A stretch of DNA of 64,000 nt, from contig BCKQ01000001.1 in assembly GCA_001600695.1 (NCBI GenBank), forward strand, positions 1,052,632 to 1,116,631, read 5' to 3'. The notes beneath the pieces are model-generated. The model worked only from the letters and a program-made list of their open reading frames with translations. It was not told where the DNA came from and did no database searches. This stretch comes from Ascoidea asiatica JCM 7603. Taxonomy: Eukaryota; Fungi; Ascomycota. The translations under genes and the position numbers were made by a program. Shown piece after piece: positions 1 to 14,137 of this stretch (position 1 is the first letter of the stretch; each line of letters starts with the position of its first letter).

Positions 1-477
1 ATACTTATTTTTACACCCAAAAAATTCCTGAAAGTATTCACTTGAATTAGCATTCTTGGAATTCTATTCAAAGAAAACTACACAAAATCATAGATTCAAT
101 TAATTGGTTCTTAACCTGGAGTAGATGATAACTTTCCAAAGATCTTGTAATTGGTAGAATGTATGTGTTCGGCAATCAATTATATTGGATGCCTTTTTTA
201 TAAATCGAGATTAATTATCGACTACTTGAAAATAAGTATCTTTAACTTTTTTTAAGTATTTTAAACTAATAAAATTTATGTAAATCTATTTATTTTAAAA
301 GATCAGAGAAAATGCAAAAAAACAAAAGAGCAGTAAGTGTATAAAAATATGAGGAAAATTATAGACATTAAAACAATAAAAAAATAAACTGTATATAAAT
401 TGAAAAAAAAAGCGAATCATAAAAGTAATTATTTGAAAAATGTAAAGTATGACAAAATGCTGTTACATAAAAATATT

Positions 478-2601
478 TTAAATTATTAACTCATCAATTT
501 GATCATTATGACTTCTTGGAACCATAGAGAATGGAGTGTTGCCAAGGCCATAGAGTACGTTATTATTGGATCCCGGCAACCCATAAGTAGAAGCTTGAGA
601 ATCAAAGTTATTATTTATATTAGATGCAACACGAGCTTGTAGTAAAGGAGAAAGTAAAGGATTCGAATCCATACTTTGAGCATATGTTGGAGGAGATAAA
701 GCTTTAACATTCTCATAAGTTGGTGGAACCTCATCATCCCAGGCCACACCAAGTCCTGATCTTTCACAGAAATTTAGATTGAACTGCATTCTCAAAACTC
801 TGGCAGCACCAGTAGGTGCACCATATTGTGTATTATTTTTAGACTCTAAAGTAGTCGAATTTTTAACATTTGCAGTATTAGATTGAGAAATCGAAGGAGA
901 ATTAGCTTTTGAAGTAGTTTTCTTAATTTTTGAAGAGCTATTTCTTCTTGAAATGGAACCATAATCTTCCATGGGAGGAACAGTAGATTCTTCAGCCACA
1001 ACAACTTCTACACTTAAAACATGATTCACATATATTCCAAGAGTTGGATCAGAAATATCACAAGACATATTTGCGCCTTGTTTTAAGAGATTTTTAGATA
1101 TTTGTTTTGAAGAAGTAGATTCTGGGATATAATTTGAATAACCAGTAGAAATATGTTGAGCATTAATATCAAGGACAACTTCACAACTTCCATCACCAGA
1201 AAAATCAGTTTTCCAACCATGTTTAACTTCCCCAAAAGCTATTGTTCTTAACTCTTCTAAAAAAAGAGCTTCTTCAGTATTCTGAGGTTTTTGAATTGGA
1301 GTTGAAGGAGTGGTTATTGGGGTTGATATATTGGATGGATTTCGCTGAATTGAATTCATTGAATTCGGATTGGAAGAACTTGATGATAACAGTTCAGAAT
1401 CATGATTATTATTTAAAGATGAATTTGAATTTGAATTTGAATTTGAATGTGAATTTTCATTTAGATTAGTTGTAGAAGGGTTGTTTTGAATATCAGGAAG
1501 AATATTAGCATCAGTTTCTTGAGTTAAATTTTCAGTTAAAGAATGAACAGAAGAATTCGTACAAACCAAATTCAAACTTGAGATTTTTTTTGGTTTTGAT
1601 TGATTTTTTTTAACATGTTGTTGAATAACTTTCAATTTGGTTTTATGTAAATTACAAGAATTAGCTCTAACTTTAACATTTTCTTCAATTCTCCAATTAA
1701 TTCTTCTTAATCTCCAACGTTTATTTTCTGCATGATTATTAATACCATCTAATTTAAATTCTAAAGAGAAATTGGACTTTGGATAAACTACATTAGGAAA
1801 CAACGCATTTGCAGTTACATTGGTTGGGGGAAAAATTCTTAAAGAATTTTTATCAGGACCTTTTAAAATTGATCTCATTATTTTTAAAGGCAAAGAAGTT
1901 GAAATTTTATATTCTTTATTTTTAATTAAACATTTTGAAGTGGCGATTAGTTTATAAGATATTGAAGTTGAATGATAAGAACCTAAAACACAAGTTGGAG
2001 GTAAAGAACCTGGTAAAAGATGTGAAAATGGATAAGCTTGACGACCGGGATTAAAAATTGAAGGTTTAGTTAATACATTCCATCTTGCAAGTTCAGTTTC
2101 CTTATTTTTACAATTTGAACAATTAGCTAAAGAATTTGAAGGAGGTAAAAAAGGTTTAGTATAAGTAATAGATTGAATTAAAGATAGAGATACAGAAGTA
2201 ATTAATATTGAGTTTAAATTTGAATTTGAAATTAAGTTTGGATCAAATTTATAATCGGAAGAGTTTGATAAAGAAGGAGATAACGTTGGAGAAGATTTAT
2301 ATGGAATTTTAATTATTAATAGACCAGATAATAATGAACCACTTGAATCAGATGGAGGACCATAAAATACTAATGGAGGACTTTCTAAAGATATTGATAA
2401 TGAAAATGGTTTTTTATTATTATTTATTGCGTTTGCTATATGATTGAAATTTGGTATTCTATGATGATCATTATGCTTTGAATGCTCTTTAACTTCGTTA
2501 TTTTCATTATATTCATGAGTATTGTTATCATTATTATAATTATTGAGATTGCTAATATGATCAGAAGAACTTTTTAATAATTTGCTTACAAAGCTAACCA
2601 T
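478..2601 (-). CDS. LDB19: Alpha-arrestin / Rsp5 ubiquitin-ligase adaptor (Ldb19/Art1 family), 707 aa
   Basis: Contains 'ISLESPPLVFYGPPSDSSGSLLSG', 'YPFSHLLPGSLPPT', 'NSLRIFPPTN', 'WRLRRINWRIEE' and 'GAARVLRMQFNL..ERSGLGVAWDDEVPPTY', plus two C-terminal PPxY motifs, all typical of Ldb19/Art1. Confidence 0.9.
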   Translation of the reverse strand: MVSFVSKLLKSSSDHISNLNNYNNDNNTHEYNENNEVKEHSKHNDHHRIPNFNHIANAINNNKKPFSLSISLESPPLVFYGPPSDSSGSLLSGLLIIKIPYKSSPTLSPSLSNSSDYKFDPNLISNSNLNSILITSVSLSLIQSITYTKPFLPPSNSLANCSNCKNKETELARWNVLTKPSIFNPGRQAYPFSHLLPGSLPPTCVLGSYHSTSISYKLIATSKCLIKNKEYKISTSLPLKIMRSILKGPDKNSLRIFPPTNVTANALFPNVVYPKSNFSLEFKLDGINNHAENKRWRLRRINWRIEENVKVRANSCNLHKTKLKVIQQHVKKNQSKPKKISSLNLVCTNSSVHSLTENLTQETDANILPDIQNNPSTTNLNENSHSNSNSNSNSSLNNNHDSELLSSSSSNPNSMNSIQRNPSNISTPITTPSTPIQKPQNTEEALFLEELRTIAFGEVKHGWKTDFSGDGSCEVVLDINAQHISTGYSNYIPESTSSKQISKNLLKQGANMSCDISDPTLGIYVNHVLSVEVVVAEESTVPPMEDYGSISRRNSSSKIKKTTSKANSPSISQSNTANVKNSTTLESKNNTQYGAPTGAARVLRMQFNLNFCERSGLGVAWDDEVPPTYENVKALSPPTYAQSMDSNPLLSPLLQARVASNINNNFDSQASTYGLPGSNNNVLYGLGNTPFSMVPRSHNDQIDELII

Positions 2602-3484
2602 TCTATTTTATGAAAGATAATTTTGAATTATAATATACAAGATAAATATATTGTATAAAATTTAAATAAGAAGTACTAATATAATATAATAAAGTATAGT
2701 GTAATATGAAATAAATTGATATGAAAAGATAAGAAAAGATATAAAATTAAATAAAAATTGAAATAAATTATAGATATAGAAAAAGATAAGAAAAGAAGAC
2801 AATTTATATAGAAAATAAGAGAGAAAAAGAAAATAAGAACAAGGAAATAATTTTGATTAAAATTTAATCCGAATTTAATATAGTTACTAATGCAGTTAAG
2901 TAAAATTTGATTTTCATAACAGTTACTTGAATTTTTATTTTTTCAAAAAAAGATCAAAACAAATAAATGAGGGAAAAAGACTAAAAGAGGTTTAAAATTT
3001 CCGTTAAATAAACGTTTATGAAATGAAAGTATTAAATACTAAAATAATGTTTAAAAAAATCAATAAATCAAAAAATATTGAAATATATTTAGAATTTATG
3101 AGAAATTGGAATATTTAGAAAGGTAACTCGAGCCATGATAATAATTTGCTCATTAGTTTTGAAAAAATTTTGAATAAAGTAAAAAAAAAAATAAGAAAAC
3201 ATTAGAAAATATTCGAGAATAAATTGAAAAACATGGAAATAAACGTTATTTTAGTCATTCACAAAACCAAAAATGAAGGTTTACTCTGGTAAAAGACAGA
3301 ATATGTCTGTCGAGAAGTAAGGTAATTATTTGTGCAGGTACCAGCGTTAAGCGAAGGTGGTGAGGGAACCTTAATTTCGCTTATTTCCAGATGGAATTCT
3401 TAATTTATTGCTTGTTTTATTGCATATTTATTGCATAATTCATGCACTTTTATTGCTTTCTTTAATGCTTTCTATTGAAAATAC

Positions 3485-3507
3485 TCACGTGCGATTTTTC
3501 ACGTGCG
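3485..3507. promoter_or_regulatory. Tandem E-boxes (TCACGTGCG x2, 14-bp period); candidate bHLH (Cbf1/Pho4/Tye7-type) sites in the LDB19-ACS divergent promoter
   Basis: TCACGTGCG occurs at 3485-3493 and 3499-3507. Confidence 0.5.
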
Positions 3508-4769
3508 CGCGTGTTTCCGTAGTGAAATGATCAGTCACATTGAAATTATTAAGACAAGCATACAGTGTGGAACAAAGAATAGTAGGAGAATACTTAAAAA
3601 GTATGAGAATATTCTCTCATTTGTCGAGAAATATGAGATTGATTGACATATTTCAAATTATGAATAGAAATGAGTGATGATTCAAAATCAAGGAAAAGAA
3701 TATTGTATTTGGCGGGTGAAACTTTCTCAAATAAAAAGTGTGCGTATTATTTTTCGCTTATTATGAAAAGACGTTAAATGATCAGATTTTTCCGTCGCTC
3801 AACACCGTTCTCACTAACTGCATTGAAATAGAAAATGTAACCGAGAATTCTGACTTCTGTGTGAATTTAAAAAAGTCGGTGGTATAAGATGAGAATTATA
3901 ACCCCATGCTATTTTCTGAGGTATTTCGAGAAACCATCATTTTATCTTGAAAGCATTCACGATGAATTGCAAAGTAATTTCAGTGGCATTTTTTCTTTTC
4001 TTTTGTGTTGCCGTTGGTGGTTGTGGTGCTTTTGCTAGTTTTTTTGTATAATTGTGTGGGTGTGGCTTTTTATGTGGTTCTTCTGACTTGGCTGGTTGAA
4101 TTTCTCTATTTCCGTCGGAAAAGCCGAGGTGTCGTGACTTTTTTGACAGCAAGCCACAGAAGAACCATAGCGGATTTCGGACAAAAACAAAAAGAAATTC
4201 CCTTCCTCTTTAGGAAGCTCAGTAAGCAAGCGCATTAAGTCATGTGACAATGGCTAATATTGGCTTATGGAAACCGGAATTGTATTTTACAGATCTGGGT
4301 GATAATTATAAAAATAATTATAATTAAATAGCTAAACATTTATCATATGGTAAGGCATAAATAAAAATATAATCAGGCAACAATTCCTATTTTTATTGTT
4401 TTTTTTTTGGTTTACTGTTATTATACTCATAATTGGAAACCATCAACATTTCATATTATTTTTGTGCTTTTGAAATAGATTTTACTTGTGTCGATTTCCT
4501 AATAACTATTATCACAGCGAAAATTGAAATCGTGGATTCCCTTTTACTTTAAACTTACTAACTTACTTGCCACGAATTCTCTTCACTTACAAGTTAGTAT
4601 TTATTCTTTTGTTTGATTGTTTCTAACCGAGCAGCTCATGTAATCTGTCATAAAGACAGCTTCGCTTGAAATTTTGGTAATATTCTAAGACAATAATAAC
4701 TTTTCAGTAAAATTGGAGGACCCTTTAAATTTGCATTGACACTAAGCTGGCTACTAAAAATAACTTCAC

Positions 4770-5045
4770 CTCGGGCGTAGCCAATAGGAAATTCTTATTC
4801 TGGGGTTGTCGACCTTGTCTGGAGAAAACCATCCAACATCTCGCTGTCTGGAACCGTGAGGGGAGTAAAGAATCCCGTTTAGCAAGGGCATTCTGGCTGG
4901 GGGTTTTTCTCTTTAACACAAGAAACCCATACTTTAGCGGGTGTCTTGGGTGAAACGAACAGGGGTACCCCGCGAACAAGCTGGGAGTGTTCTCAAGCGG
5001 GGAACAAGTCCAAGAGAATCTCCATAGAACAAGCGGATAATGCGA
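4770..5045. promoter_or_regulatory. GC-rich upstream island of ACS copy 1 with several SYGGGG (Mig1/Adr1/STRE-like) G-tracts
   Basis: CTGGGG twice, a GGGGTACCCC palindrome, GCGGGG and AGGGG are clustered 0.8-1.1 kb upstream of the ATG. This fits glucose-repression control of ACS1-type genes, but factor identity is inferred. Confidence 0.4.
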
Positions 5046-5868
5046 TCTTTCTATTTAAATTAGCATTTCTCATTACTATTTCTATTATTCTTGCTATTAT
5101 TCTTGCTATTACTCTTCCATCACACTTCTAGTTCTATCTAATTTACTACTGTAGTAGATTCAAATTCAAATTCAAATTAAAATTCAAAATTCTAATTCTG
5201 CTTATTAAAAAAATGAAAGCCTGAAAGGAAGTAAAGTTCTAGCAAATACAGCTCACTGGTAGCAAACGATCAAAAATGATTAAAAGCACTTTAATTGTAA
5301 AAAAGTCTGGATAAATGCAAAAAAGATGAAAAGATGATATTTTTTATCGATTATCTTCCGTACTTTCACTGTTTTATTGCAATTAATAGTAATTTCAATT
5401 GTCCAATTATCCAATATTCAATAATAAATTTCCAATTATCCAATTATTCACTCGCTTAACATTAAATATCTTTAATTTCATTTTTTTACTTTCATCCTTT
5501 TACAAAATTTGAATTGGCTCCAGAATTGGAATACCAATCATAATTGATTTCTCACTAATCTTAAGCTTAAGATTACGATTACGAAAATTAATCCCTGAAC
5601 AATCCAATTATATTAGTATCTTATCCTTTCAGGGATATCATTTTATGCCATTTATATATAAAGAGTTATTCTTTTCCCTTTTTCTTTCTTTATATTGTTT
5701 CATAATTATCTTCTATTAATATTAATATTAATATCACTATAGGAAATTTATAATCTTTAATTGCTCATATACTATTCCTCTATTATTTATCTATTATTCA
5801 TCTATCATTTATTCCATTTAATTAATCAATAATCATTATTATCTAGTTTTTTCACTTATTCAATAAAA

Positions 5869-7866
5869 ATGTCTCCAAATGAAAACGAGCATTTAATGCA
5901 TGTTAATAAAATTGATCCAACTCCATTATTTAAGAAAAATCATCCATCAACTCCAAATTTAGAAAGTTTTGAAGAATATCAAACTTTATATAAACAATCA
6001 ATTGAAAATCCAATTGAATTTTATGATAAAATTGCTAAAAAAGAATTAGATTGGTTTAAAGAATTTGATGTTACAAAATATCCAAAAACTGGTTTCAATA
6101 CTTCTTGGTTTTTAAATGGTCAATTAAATGCTTCATATAATTGTGTTGATCGTCATGCTTTTAAAGATCCAAATAAAGCTGCAATTATTTATGAAGCTGA
6201 TGAACCTGGTGAAGGTAAAATTATAACTTTTGGTGAATTATTAATTAAAGTTTCTCAATTAGCTCAAGTTTTAACTGATTTAGGTGTTAAAAAAGGTGAT
6301 ACAGTTGCTGTATATTTACCAATGATACCTGAAGCTATAATCACAATCTTAGCCATTGTTAGAATTGGTGCTATTCATTCTGTTATATTTGCTGGATTTT
6401 CTTCAAGTTCTTTAAGAGATCGTATTAATGATGCTGATTCAAGAGTTGTTATAACTACAGATGAATCAAAAAGAGGTGGTAAAGCAATTGAAACTAAAAA
6501 AATTGTTGATGAAGCTGTTAAAGATTGTCCAAATGTTAGAAATATTTTAGTTGTTAGAAGAACTGGTAATAGTTCCGTACCTTTTAAATTTGGTAGAGAT
6601 CTTTGGTATCATGAAGAATTACCAAAATATAAAACTTATTTTCCTCCAGTTCCAGTAAATTCTGAAGATACTTTATTTTTATTATATACTTCAGGTTCAA
6701 CTGGTAAACCAAAAGGTATTCAACATACAACTGCTGGTTATCTTTTAAATGCTCTTTTAACAACTAAATATTCTTTTGATGTTAATCCAAATGATACTTT
6801 TTTCACTGCTGGTGATATTGGTTGGATTACTGGTCATACTTATGTAATTTATGGCCCTTTATTAATTGGTGCTGCAACTGTTGTATTTGAAGGTACTCCT
6901 TCTTATCCAAATTTTTCAAGATATTGGGAAATTGTTGACAAATATAAAGTAAATCAATTTTACGTTGCTCCAACTGCTTTACGTTTATTAAAAAGAGCTG
7001 GTGATAAATATATTGAAAATTATAATTTATCTTCTTTACGTGTTTTAGGTTCTGTTGGTGAACCAATTGCTGCTGAAGTTTGGGAATGGTATTATGAAAA
7101 AATTGGTAGAGGTAGATGTACAATTCAAGATACTTATTGGCAAACTGAAAATGGTTCTCATTTGATTGCACCATTAGCAGGTATAACTCCAATGAAACCA
7201 GGTTCTGCTTCTTTACCATTTTTTGGTATTGAACCTGCAATTGTTGATCCAGTTTCCGGTAAAGAATTAACTGGTAATAATGTTGAAGGTGTTTTATGTA
7301 TTAAACAATCTTGGCCTTCAATGACAAGATCAATTTGGAAAGATTATTCAAGATATTTGGATACTTATTTTAATCCATATCCTGGATTTTTTTTCACAGG
7401 TGATGGTGGTGCAAGAGATATCGATGGGTTTTATTGGGTTCTTGGTAGAGTTGATGATGTTGTTAATGTTTCAGGTCATCGTCTTTCAACTGCAGAAATT
7501 GAAGCTGCAATTATTGAAAATCCAAATGTTGCAGAAAATGCCGTTGTTGGTTTTGCTGATGATTTAACCGGTCAAGCTGTTGCAGCTTTTGTGAGTTTAA
7601 AGAAAAAAGATTTATCAGATTCTGAAGTTCTTGCTGCAAAAAAAGAATTAACTTTAACTGTTAGAAAAGAAATTGGTCCATTTGCAGCACCAAAATTAGT
7701 TTTAATAGTTGATGATTTACCAAAAACTAGATCCGGTAAAATTATGAGAAGAATTTTAAGAAAAGTTTTAGCTCGTGAAGAAGATCAATTAGGTGATATT
7801 AGTACTTTATCTAATCCTGACATTGTTCCTCAAATAATTAGTGCAGTAAAGGCTACTAGAAAATAA
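5869..7866 (+). CDS. ACS1: Acetyl-CoA synthetase, ACS1-type (copy 1), 665 aa
   Basis: AMP-binding motif '[12 protein letters not shown]', '[10 protein letters not shown]', 'GSVGEPI', 'DTYWQTE', '[14 protein letters not shown]' and the acetylation-site motif '[11 protein letters not shown]'. Confidence 0.93.
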   Translation: MSPNENEHLMHVNKIDPTPLFKKNHPSTPNLESFEEYQTLYKQSIENPIEFYDKIAKKELDWFKEFDVTKYPKTGFNTSWFLNGQLNASYNCVDRHAFKDPNKAAIIYEADEPGEGKIITFGELLIKVSQLAQVLTDLGVKKGDTVAVYLPMIPEAIITILAIVRIGAIHSVIFAGFSSSSLRDRINDADSRVVITTDESKRGGKAIETKKIVDEAVKDCPNVRNILVVRRTGNSSVPFKFGRDLWYHEELPKYKTYFPPVPVNSEDTLFLLYTSGSTGKPKGIQHTTAGYLLNALLTTKYSFDVNPNDTFFTAGDIGWITGHTYVIYGPLLIGAATVVFEGTPSYPNFSRYWEIVDKYKVNQFYVAPTALRLLKRAGDKYIENYNLSSLRVLGSVGEPIAAEVWEWYYEKIGRGRCTIQDTYWQTENGSHLIAPLAGITPMKPGSASLPFFGIEPAIVDPVSGKELTGNNVEGVLCIKQSWPSMTRSIWKDYSRYLDTYFNPYPGFFFTGDGGARDIDGFYWVLGRVDDVVNVSGHRLSTAEIEAAIIENPNVAENAVVGFADDLTGQAVAAFVSLKKKDLSDSEVLAAKKELTLTVRKEIGPFAAPKLVLIVDDLPKTRSGKIMRRILRKVLAREEDQLGDISTLSNPDIVPQIISAVKATRK

Positions 7867-10467
7867 GTTAATGAATTATGTTTCTAATTTATGAATTTCC
7901 CTTTCACTTTTCTTATTTATGTTTTATGTTAATATTCACTTTTTTTAATGTATTTTTTTATATAAACTATTGATTTAATTTGATCAAATAAATATTTATT
8001 TGACTTTAATTTATGTTAAGCTTCTTCTATTTCCAATAATAAATATTGAAAATTAAAATTACCTAAAATGAAAAGAATAAATAAACATTTCAAATTGAAT
8101 AGTACTATAGGATTAAATATCTATTATAGAAATATATCTTATACATATATCCATTAAACCATCCTATAATATTATCTATTTTAAGCTTGAGATAAAAACT
8201 CGTTTTCAGATAATTTTCAAACTTGAAAATTGCATATTAATTAAAAAAAAACTCATCTTTTTTTCTATACTTGTTTCAAATTTTTTTATTTTTAATTGTT
8301 TGTTAGAATCTAAATTTTTGAATTTTGAAAATATGTTTCAAACCCTTAAAAAATTATGGAAAATCATGTCTTAAATTTTGAAATTTTTCTTTTTTCTAAA
8401 ATATGTATCAAGGCACTGCAAATCTTAAAACTAGTCATAATTTGACGGTAAAAAAATGAGACTCTAATAAAAAAGACATCTTATTAAAATAAAAACAAAG
8501 AGAATAAAATGAATTAACTTTTTTTTTCAATTAAATCCAAAGAATTTGGCATGTTTTCCTTTAATTAGAAAACAAAACAAGACAATAACGAAAATATTTT
8601 CAACTATTCTTTTCTTCAAATGAGGTGAATAAAGTAATGAAATTTCCGTTCATAGAGACTAAAATCTTAAAGCCTTCAAGAAATTCTACTCAAATCAAAT
8701 ATATAATTCTTTTAAGTTTTTTTGCTTAAGGTTAAGGTTCTCCTTCTTTTTAATGGTAGAATTGCAATAGATTAAAAAAAGGGCAATTTTTCACAGCATT
8801 CATTTGAGTTAGTGCTTAATATAAAAAAGATAGTGGACTAAGGGAAATAAGACCCAATTAGGAAAGTGGGTATCGAAGAAAGCTGGGGCAAAATTTGAAG
8901 TCGTAAAGGATTTAAAATAAATGCCTTTCATCCCAAAAATAGAAATGAGAAAAAGGACACTTGAAATAGAAGATTATAGCAACTCTTTAATTTCCTGAAG
9001 GTGAACAACATATAAGAGACAATCACAGTAATGCTATTAACATTCAGACTAGTATTACTCTATATACATAAGTTCTTTTTGAATTGAAAAAAGAACAAGG
9101 ACCCTTGAAAGTTACTCTCCAAAAAAAGATCGACAAAAAAATAATTTTGCTTTTTTAGCAAATTCAATTATCTAAATTTTACTTCCAATTCATTTTTTTT
9201 GAAGAACATACCTGTGATTTTTGAAAATATGGGTTTCTCCCTGCTGTTTGTTTGCTAATATCTCTTACGTTAAAGTAAAAAAAAAGAAAGCATAAAATAG
9301 TTCGGAGGTTGGTTTTAGATTTAGTTATATCTACCGATTTTTTTAATTCTGTGTAAAATTTAAAATCAATTGAGGCCAATGGACATTTCCCAATCAGGAA
9401 AAAAGTATAGACTATGAGCCAAAATTCAATAATATGGGACAAAAATTCCACATGTCCTCAAACATTTTTGGCTCTGTCCATATATTTTTTTTCCATAACG
9501 AGCTATTCGGAAGTATTTTTATATTCGACTGTCATGTGCACACTCCTCGGTTGAAACTCCGCTGAGCCTGAGTTTTGTATAGCGCTAGGCCTTTCTATGC
9601 CCGCATCAGATAGCAACCTGGCTTGATGCTTCCAGCTTTACAAATCAAGCCAACCTAAAAAGTTTGAGATCTCAGCAATTTTGTTCTCCACAAAATATAA
9701 TTCTACCAATGCAGTTGAAACAACTATGGGTTTAATAAAAAATAATGATCTGATTAGCTTTTATTAAATAGTTAAGAAAACAAGTTTCAATGGTTAGTCA
9801 CTGCTTGTGAAGTTATTTATCAGTTATCATTAACAATGCATGCTCTACATTATCAATAGTAGGTATTATAGAAAGATCCACTCATGAAGGTCATATTATA
9901 ACTCTTATTGCTTACTTACTCCACAATAATTCAAATATATGATTCTTAACTCCAATAATTGGACAATTGAATTTAGGTGAGATTCAGAAATTGGAGGTGA
10001 AAATCACTTTACAATCGAACTAAATAATATACTGATTATGTTTTTGATCGATGAAAGTTCAATATTAATTTCCGATTCTCAAAAACAATATGGGTTTTAG
10101 ATTATCGTAAATTGAACCCTTTGGAAAATTATGAAGACATTATTTTAAATTGATTTTTGATTTCTAATTTTTTGATCTTAATGAACTTTAATTATTTTTT
10201 TTCGACTAATGGTTAGCTGTTTTCCGATGAACTTTTGTCAAATATTTATATAAATATCTTGCTATTTATCAGTTAACTTCAAAACTATATTACTATTATT
10301 ATTATAACTATTATAATTATTATAATTATTCGATTACTAATATCAAAATAACAATTGAGTGAGATTTAACAATTAATTAATACAATTTTTCATATAATTC
10401 TTATTACTCTCTTAAATTAAACTCAACTTTAATATATACTTTCAAAAAACTTTCTTTGTATTCCAAA

Positions 10468-12471
10468 ATGGCTGGTGGTAATCGTGAAGAACATCTTTCT
10501 GATCATGTTCATGCAATTGATCCTCCTCTTGAATTTTTCAGCAATCGTCCAAAAAATGTTACTCCATACATAAATTCCTTTGAAGAATTCCAAAAAATGT
10601 ACAAAGAATCTGTTGAAGAACCAAATAAATTTTATTCAAAAATGGCTAATGAAAATTTAGATTGGATTAAAAAATTTGATATTGCAAAATTTCCTGAACA
10701 TGGTTTTCAAAATACTTGGTTTATAAATGGTCAATTAAATGCTTCTTATAATTGCGTTGATCGTCATGCTTTTAAGAACCCCGATAAAGTTGCAATTATC
10801 TATGAATCTGATGAACCTGGTGAAGGTTATAAAGTTACTTATAAAGAATTATTAGATCAAGTTTGCCAAATGGCTCAAGTTTTATTTTCTTTGGGAGTTA
10901 AAAAAGGTGATACAGTTGCTGTTTATTTACCAATGGTTCCTGAAGCAATTGTTGCTATAATGGCTATTGTTAGACTTGGCGCAATACATTCTGTTGTATT
11001 TGCTGGGTTTTCTTCCAATGCTTTACGTGATCGTATTAATGACGCAAATTCAAAAATTATTCTTACATCAGATTTTTCAATAAGAGGTGGAAAAACTGTA
11101 GAAACTAAAAAAATTGTCGATGAAGCAATTAAAGGCTCTCCAAATGTCAAGAATGTAATTGTTTTAAAAACTTCTGAAAAAGATGTTCCTTTTAATCCAA
11201 AATATGATTTATGGTGGCATGAAGAAACTGCAAAACATAGAAATTATTTTCCTCCAGTTCCAGTAAATTCTGAAGATCCATTATATCTCTTATATACATC
11301 TGGTTCAACAGGAAAACCAAAAGGTTTAGTTCATGCCACAGCTGGATATCTTTTGAATTCTATAATTACTGGAAAATATGTTTTTGATATTCATCCAGAA
11401 GATGTTGTATTTACTGCTGCTGATATTGGCTGGGTACTTGGTCATACATATGTATGTTATGCACCTTTAGCTATTGGTGCAACCACTGTTTTATTTCAAA
11501 GTACTCCAGTTTATCCAACCCCTACAAGATTCTGGGATATAATTGATGAATATAAAGTCACTCAATTTTATGTTGCTCCAACAGCTTTACGTTTATTAAA
11601 AAGAGCTGGTTCTGATTTAATTAAACCATATAGTCTATCAACATTACGTGCTTGTGGTTCAGTAGGTGAACCAATTGCACCTGATGTTTGGGAATGGTAT
11701 TATGAAAATATTGCTAGAAAGAGATGTTCAATATTAGATACATTTTGGCAAACTGAAACTGCTTCACCGGTTTTATGTCCAGTTGCTGGAGTTACTCCAA
11801 TGAAACCTGGATCTTGTTCTTTACCTTTTTTTGGTGTGAAAGTTTCAATTTTGGATCCCCAATCTGGTGAAGAATTGAAAGGTAATGATGTTGAAGGGGT
11901 ACTTGCTTTTACAACTTCATGGCCTTCATTAACTAGAACTATATGGAAAGATTATAAAAGATATATGGACACTTATTTTAATCCATTTCCAGGTTATTTT
12001 TTCACTGGTGATGGTGCTGCAAGAGATCAAGATGGTTTTATTTGGATTCTTGGAAGAGTTGATGATGTTGTTAATGTCTCGGGTCATCGTCTTTCTACTG
12101 CAGAAATTGAAGCTGCAATTCTTGAAAATCCAAGTGTTTCCGAGAATGCCGCAGTTGGATTTCCACATGATTTAACAGGACAAGCAGTTGCAACATTTGT
12201 TGCATTAAAATCAGGTATTACTGAACAAGAAACTGAAACTGTCAAAAAGGATTTGATTATGACTGTTAGAAAAGAAATTGGACCTTTTGCAGCACCTAAA
12301 GAAATTTTTATTGTTAATGATTTACCTAAAACTAGATCAGGTAAAATTATGAGAAGAATTTTAAGAAAAATTCTTGTTCATGAAGAAGATCAACTCGGTG
12401 ATGTCAGTACATTATCAAATCCTGAATCGGTTAAAGCATTAGTAGATTTAGTTCATGCTTCCAGAAAATAA
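10468..12471 (+). CDS. Acetyl-CoA (short-chain acyl-CoA) synthetase, ACS1-type tandem paralogue (copy 2), 667 aa
   Basis: Same motif set as copy 1. The real start is the ATG at 10468 (AAAATG context); the ORF track starts at an upstream TTG. Confidence 0.92.
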   Translation: MAGGNREEHLSDHVHAIDPPLEFFSNRPKNVTPYINSFEEFQKMYKESVEEPNKFYSKMANENLDWIKKFDIAKFPEHGFQNTWFINGQLNASYNCVDRHAFKNPDKVAIIYESDEPGEGYKVTYKELLDQVCQMAQVLFSLGVKKGDTVAVYLPMVPEAIVAIMAIVRLGAIHSVVFAGFSSNALRDRINDANSKIILTSDFSIRGGKTVETKKIVDEAIKGSPNVKNVIVLKTSEKDVPFNPKYDLWWHEETAKHRNYFPPVPVNSEDPLYLLYTSGSTGKPKGLVHATAGYLLNSIITGKYVFDIHPEDVVFTAADIGWVLGHTYVCYAPLAIGATTVLFQSTPVYPTPTRFWDIIDEYKVTQFYVAPTALRLLKRAGSDLIKPYSLSTLRACGSVGEPIAPDVWEWYYENIARKRCSILDTFWQTETASPVLCPVAGVTPMKPGSCSLPFFGVKVSILDPQSGEELKGNDVEGVLAFTTSWPSLTRTIWKDYKRYMDTYFNPFPGYFFTGDGAARDQDGFIWILGRVDDVVNVSGHRLSTAEIEAAILENPSVSENAAVGFPHDLTGQAVATFVALKSGITEQETETVKKDLIMTVRKEIGPFAAPKEIFIVNDLPKTRSGKIMRRILRKILVHEEDQLGDVSTLSNPESVKALVDLVHASRK

Positions 12472-14137
12472 TATTTTAACCTCCTGATTTTTTTTCCATT
12501 ATCATTTGTTTTTATCGATTGTCTTTTTTTTATTCAAGATGTTGACATTTTTTTATTTATTACTTATATTTATATGACTTTACTTTATGATTACTTATTT
12601 TTTCTAAACGTTACTTTATTTTTCCAATAAATCTAATACTTCAATTTTCAAAACAATTTAGTAAACAGACGAAAAATTAATTGTAGAGTTATTTCAACTG
12701 AGGAATTGAAACAATTTTGATAATCGTAACTATATAACAACCAAATAAAAGTTTAACCGAGTGATTCCCAATGTATAAAAAATTGTCTGGAGATTTTCTG
12801 GCTATTAATATGCATAAAGATTAGTAGATTTCCATTTTTTTAATTGTAATCGAACTTTCTTCACAATACTGGAAAATATTCGACCCATAAAGATGGTCTC
12901 CAAACTCAATTCAATTTTTTTTTTCTTTAAATTCCTAATTTTAGCATTGGTTTGACTGGAACACATTTATTTCTTTATCTTAAGCCTATGACCAATACCT
13001 AAAGTTCTTTTTTAACGAATTATTGAACAATGCTTAAAGAGAGAAACAATAACTGGTCATTTATTTATTCCAAAAAAACCGAATTATCATTTGATTTGGA
13101 AGAAGTCAAACCTCCTACTTAAATTTCCAAGGAACATGGATTGTAATAATCAGGATTCCAGCATTTTTTGTTCACCTGTATGTGTTTCACTCTTTGGGTA
13201 TTTGTAAATAATGGGACTAATATTTATGCTGAGTATCAGCGATAAAAACAAGATCTGATTTTCAGAGGAAAGATTAAGTGTTTTTAGCTTTAATTCATTA
13301 TTACTTGTGCTTTACTATTAAATGTTTAACCTTTTAAGAAATTCAGAGAGAAAAAAATGAATGAATGAAGAGTTTAAAATATTAACAATAAAAGTGATGT
13401 AACAGATCTCAAAAATTTTTTATTAGTTCTTAAAAAAGAATACTTTCAATGAAATGAATTACTTTCAAAATATTCTTGAACTCAAATTTGAGTACTCATA
13501 TGTTTCCTCATTTAGATTAAATTTGCTTCAACGTAAAACAAATATACAGTAAACATCTGCTTTATGATTTGGATTTGATAATAAAGAATAAAAATTATTA
13601 TCAAATTAGTTGTAAGACTATGATCAATATAATATTTGCCACTGAGGAAGTACTTAATGACATCTTAACTCAATTTTTGTTTTTGAATTCATAAGTACAG
13701 TATAATTATAATTGGTGAAATAATAATATGTATTTTGGTTAGATAAACTTAGACTCTTTTTGTGGTATCCCAGTTCAGTCTATCTAGCATTTTCAAAATA
13801 ATCAATAAAAATCAAAAAAAAAACTCAAATAACCTGCATTATTATATTTTCAATTTACATTAAGTTTTACTTTTTAAATATCATATAAATTAAACAATTA
13901 GTTCCCTTCAACTTATTAATTCTTTCATACAATAGCTAAATATCTTTTATGGTAACACAAATTTTATCTCAAAAATATCTAAACAATAAGTTTTACATTT
14001 ACTTTAAACTAGTTTGGTTCAACTCAATTCAATTCCATTGAATTCAATTCATTTAATCTATTTCTTCTCAGTGCTTGTGGTATTGTATCTCAATATTCTT
14101 GGGTGATAATTTTTATAATAAAGATAGAACTATTAGA

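Noticed and set aside
4239-4248. CDEI-like RTCACRTG words (about 4239 and 61302) as point centromeres
   Set aside because: No 80-160 bp AT-only CDEII followed by a CDEIII; these are better read as bHLH promoter sites.
10456-10467. N-terminal MYSK extension of ACS copy 2
   Set aside because: It begins at TTG; an in-frame ATG in good context lies at 10468.
13949-14071. Possible ATG|GTAACA...CAG intron extending the microprotein N-terminus in frame
   Set aside because: The donor is weak and there is no CTAAY branch point at a suitable distance; the ATG at 14138 is sufficient.
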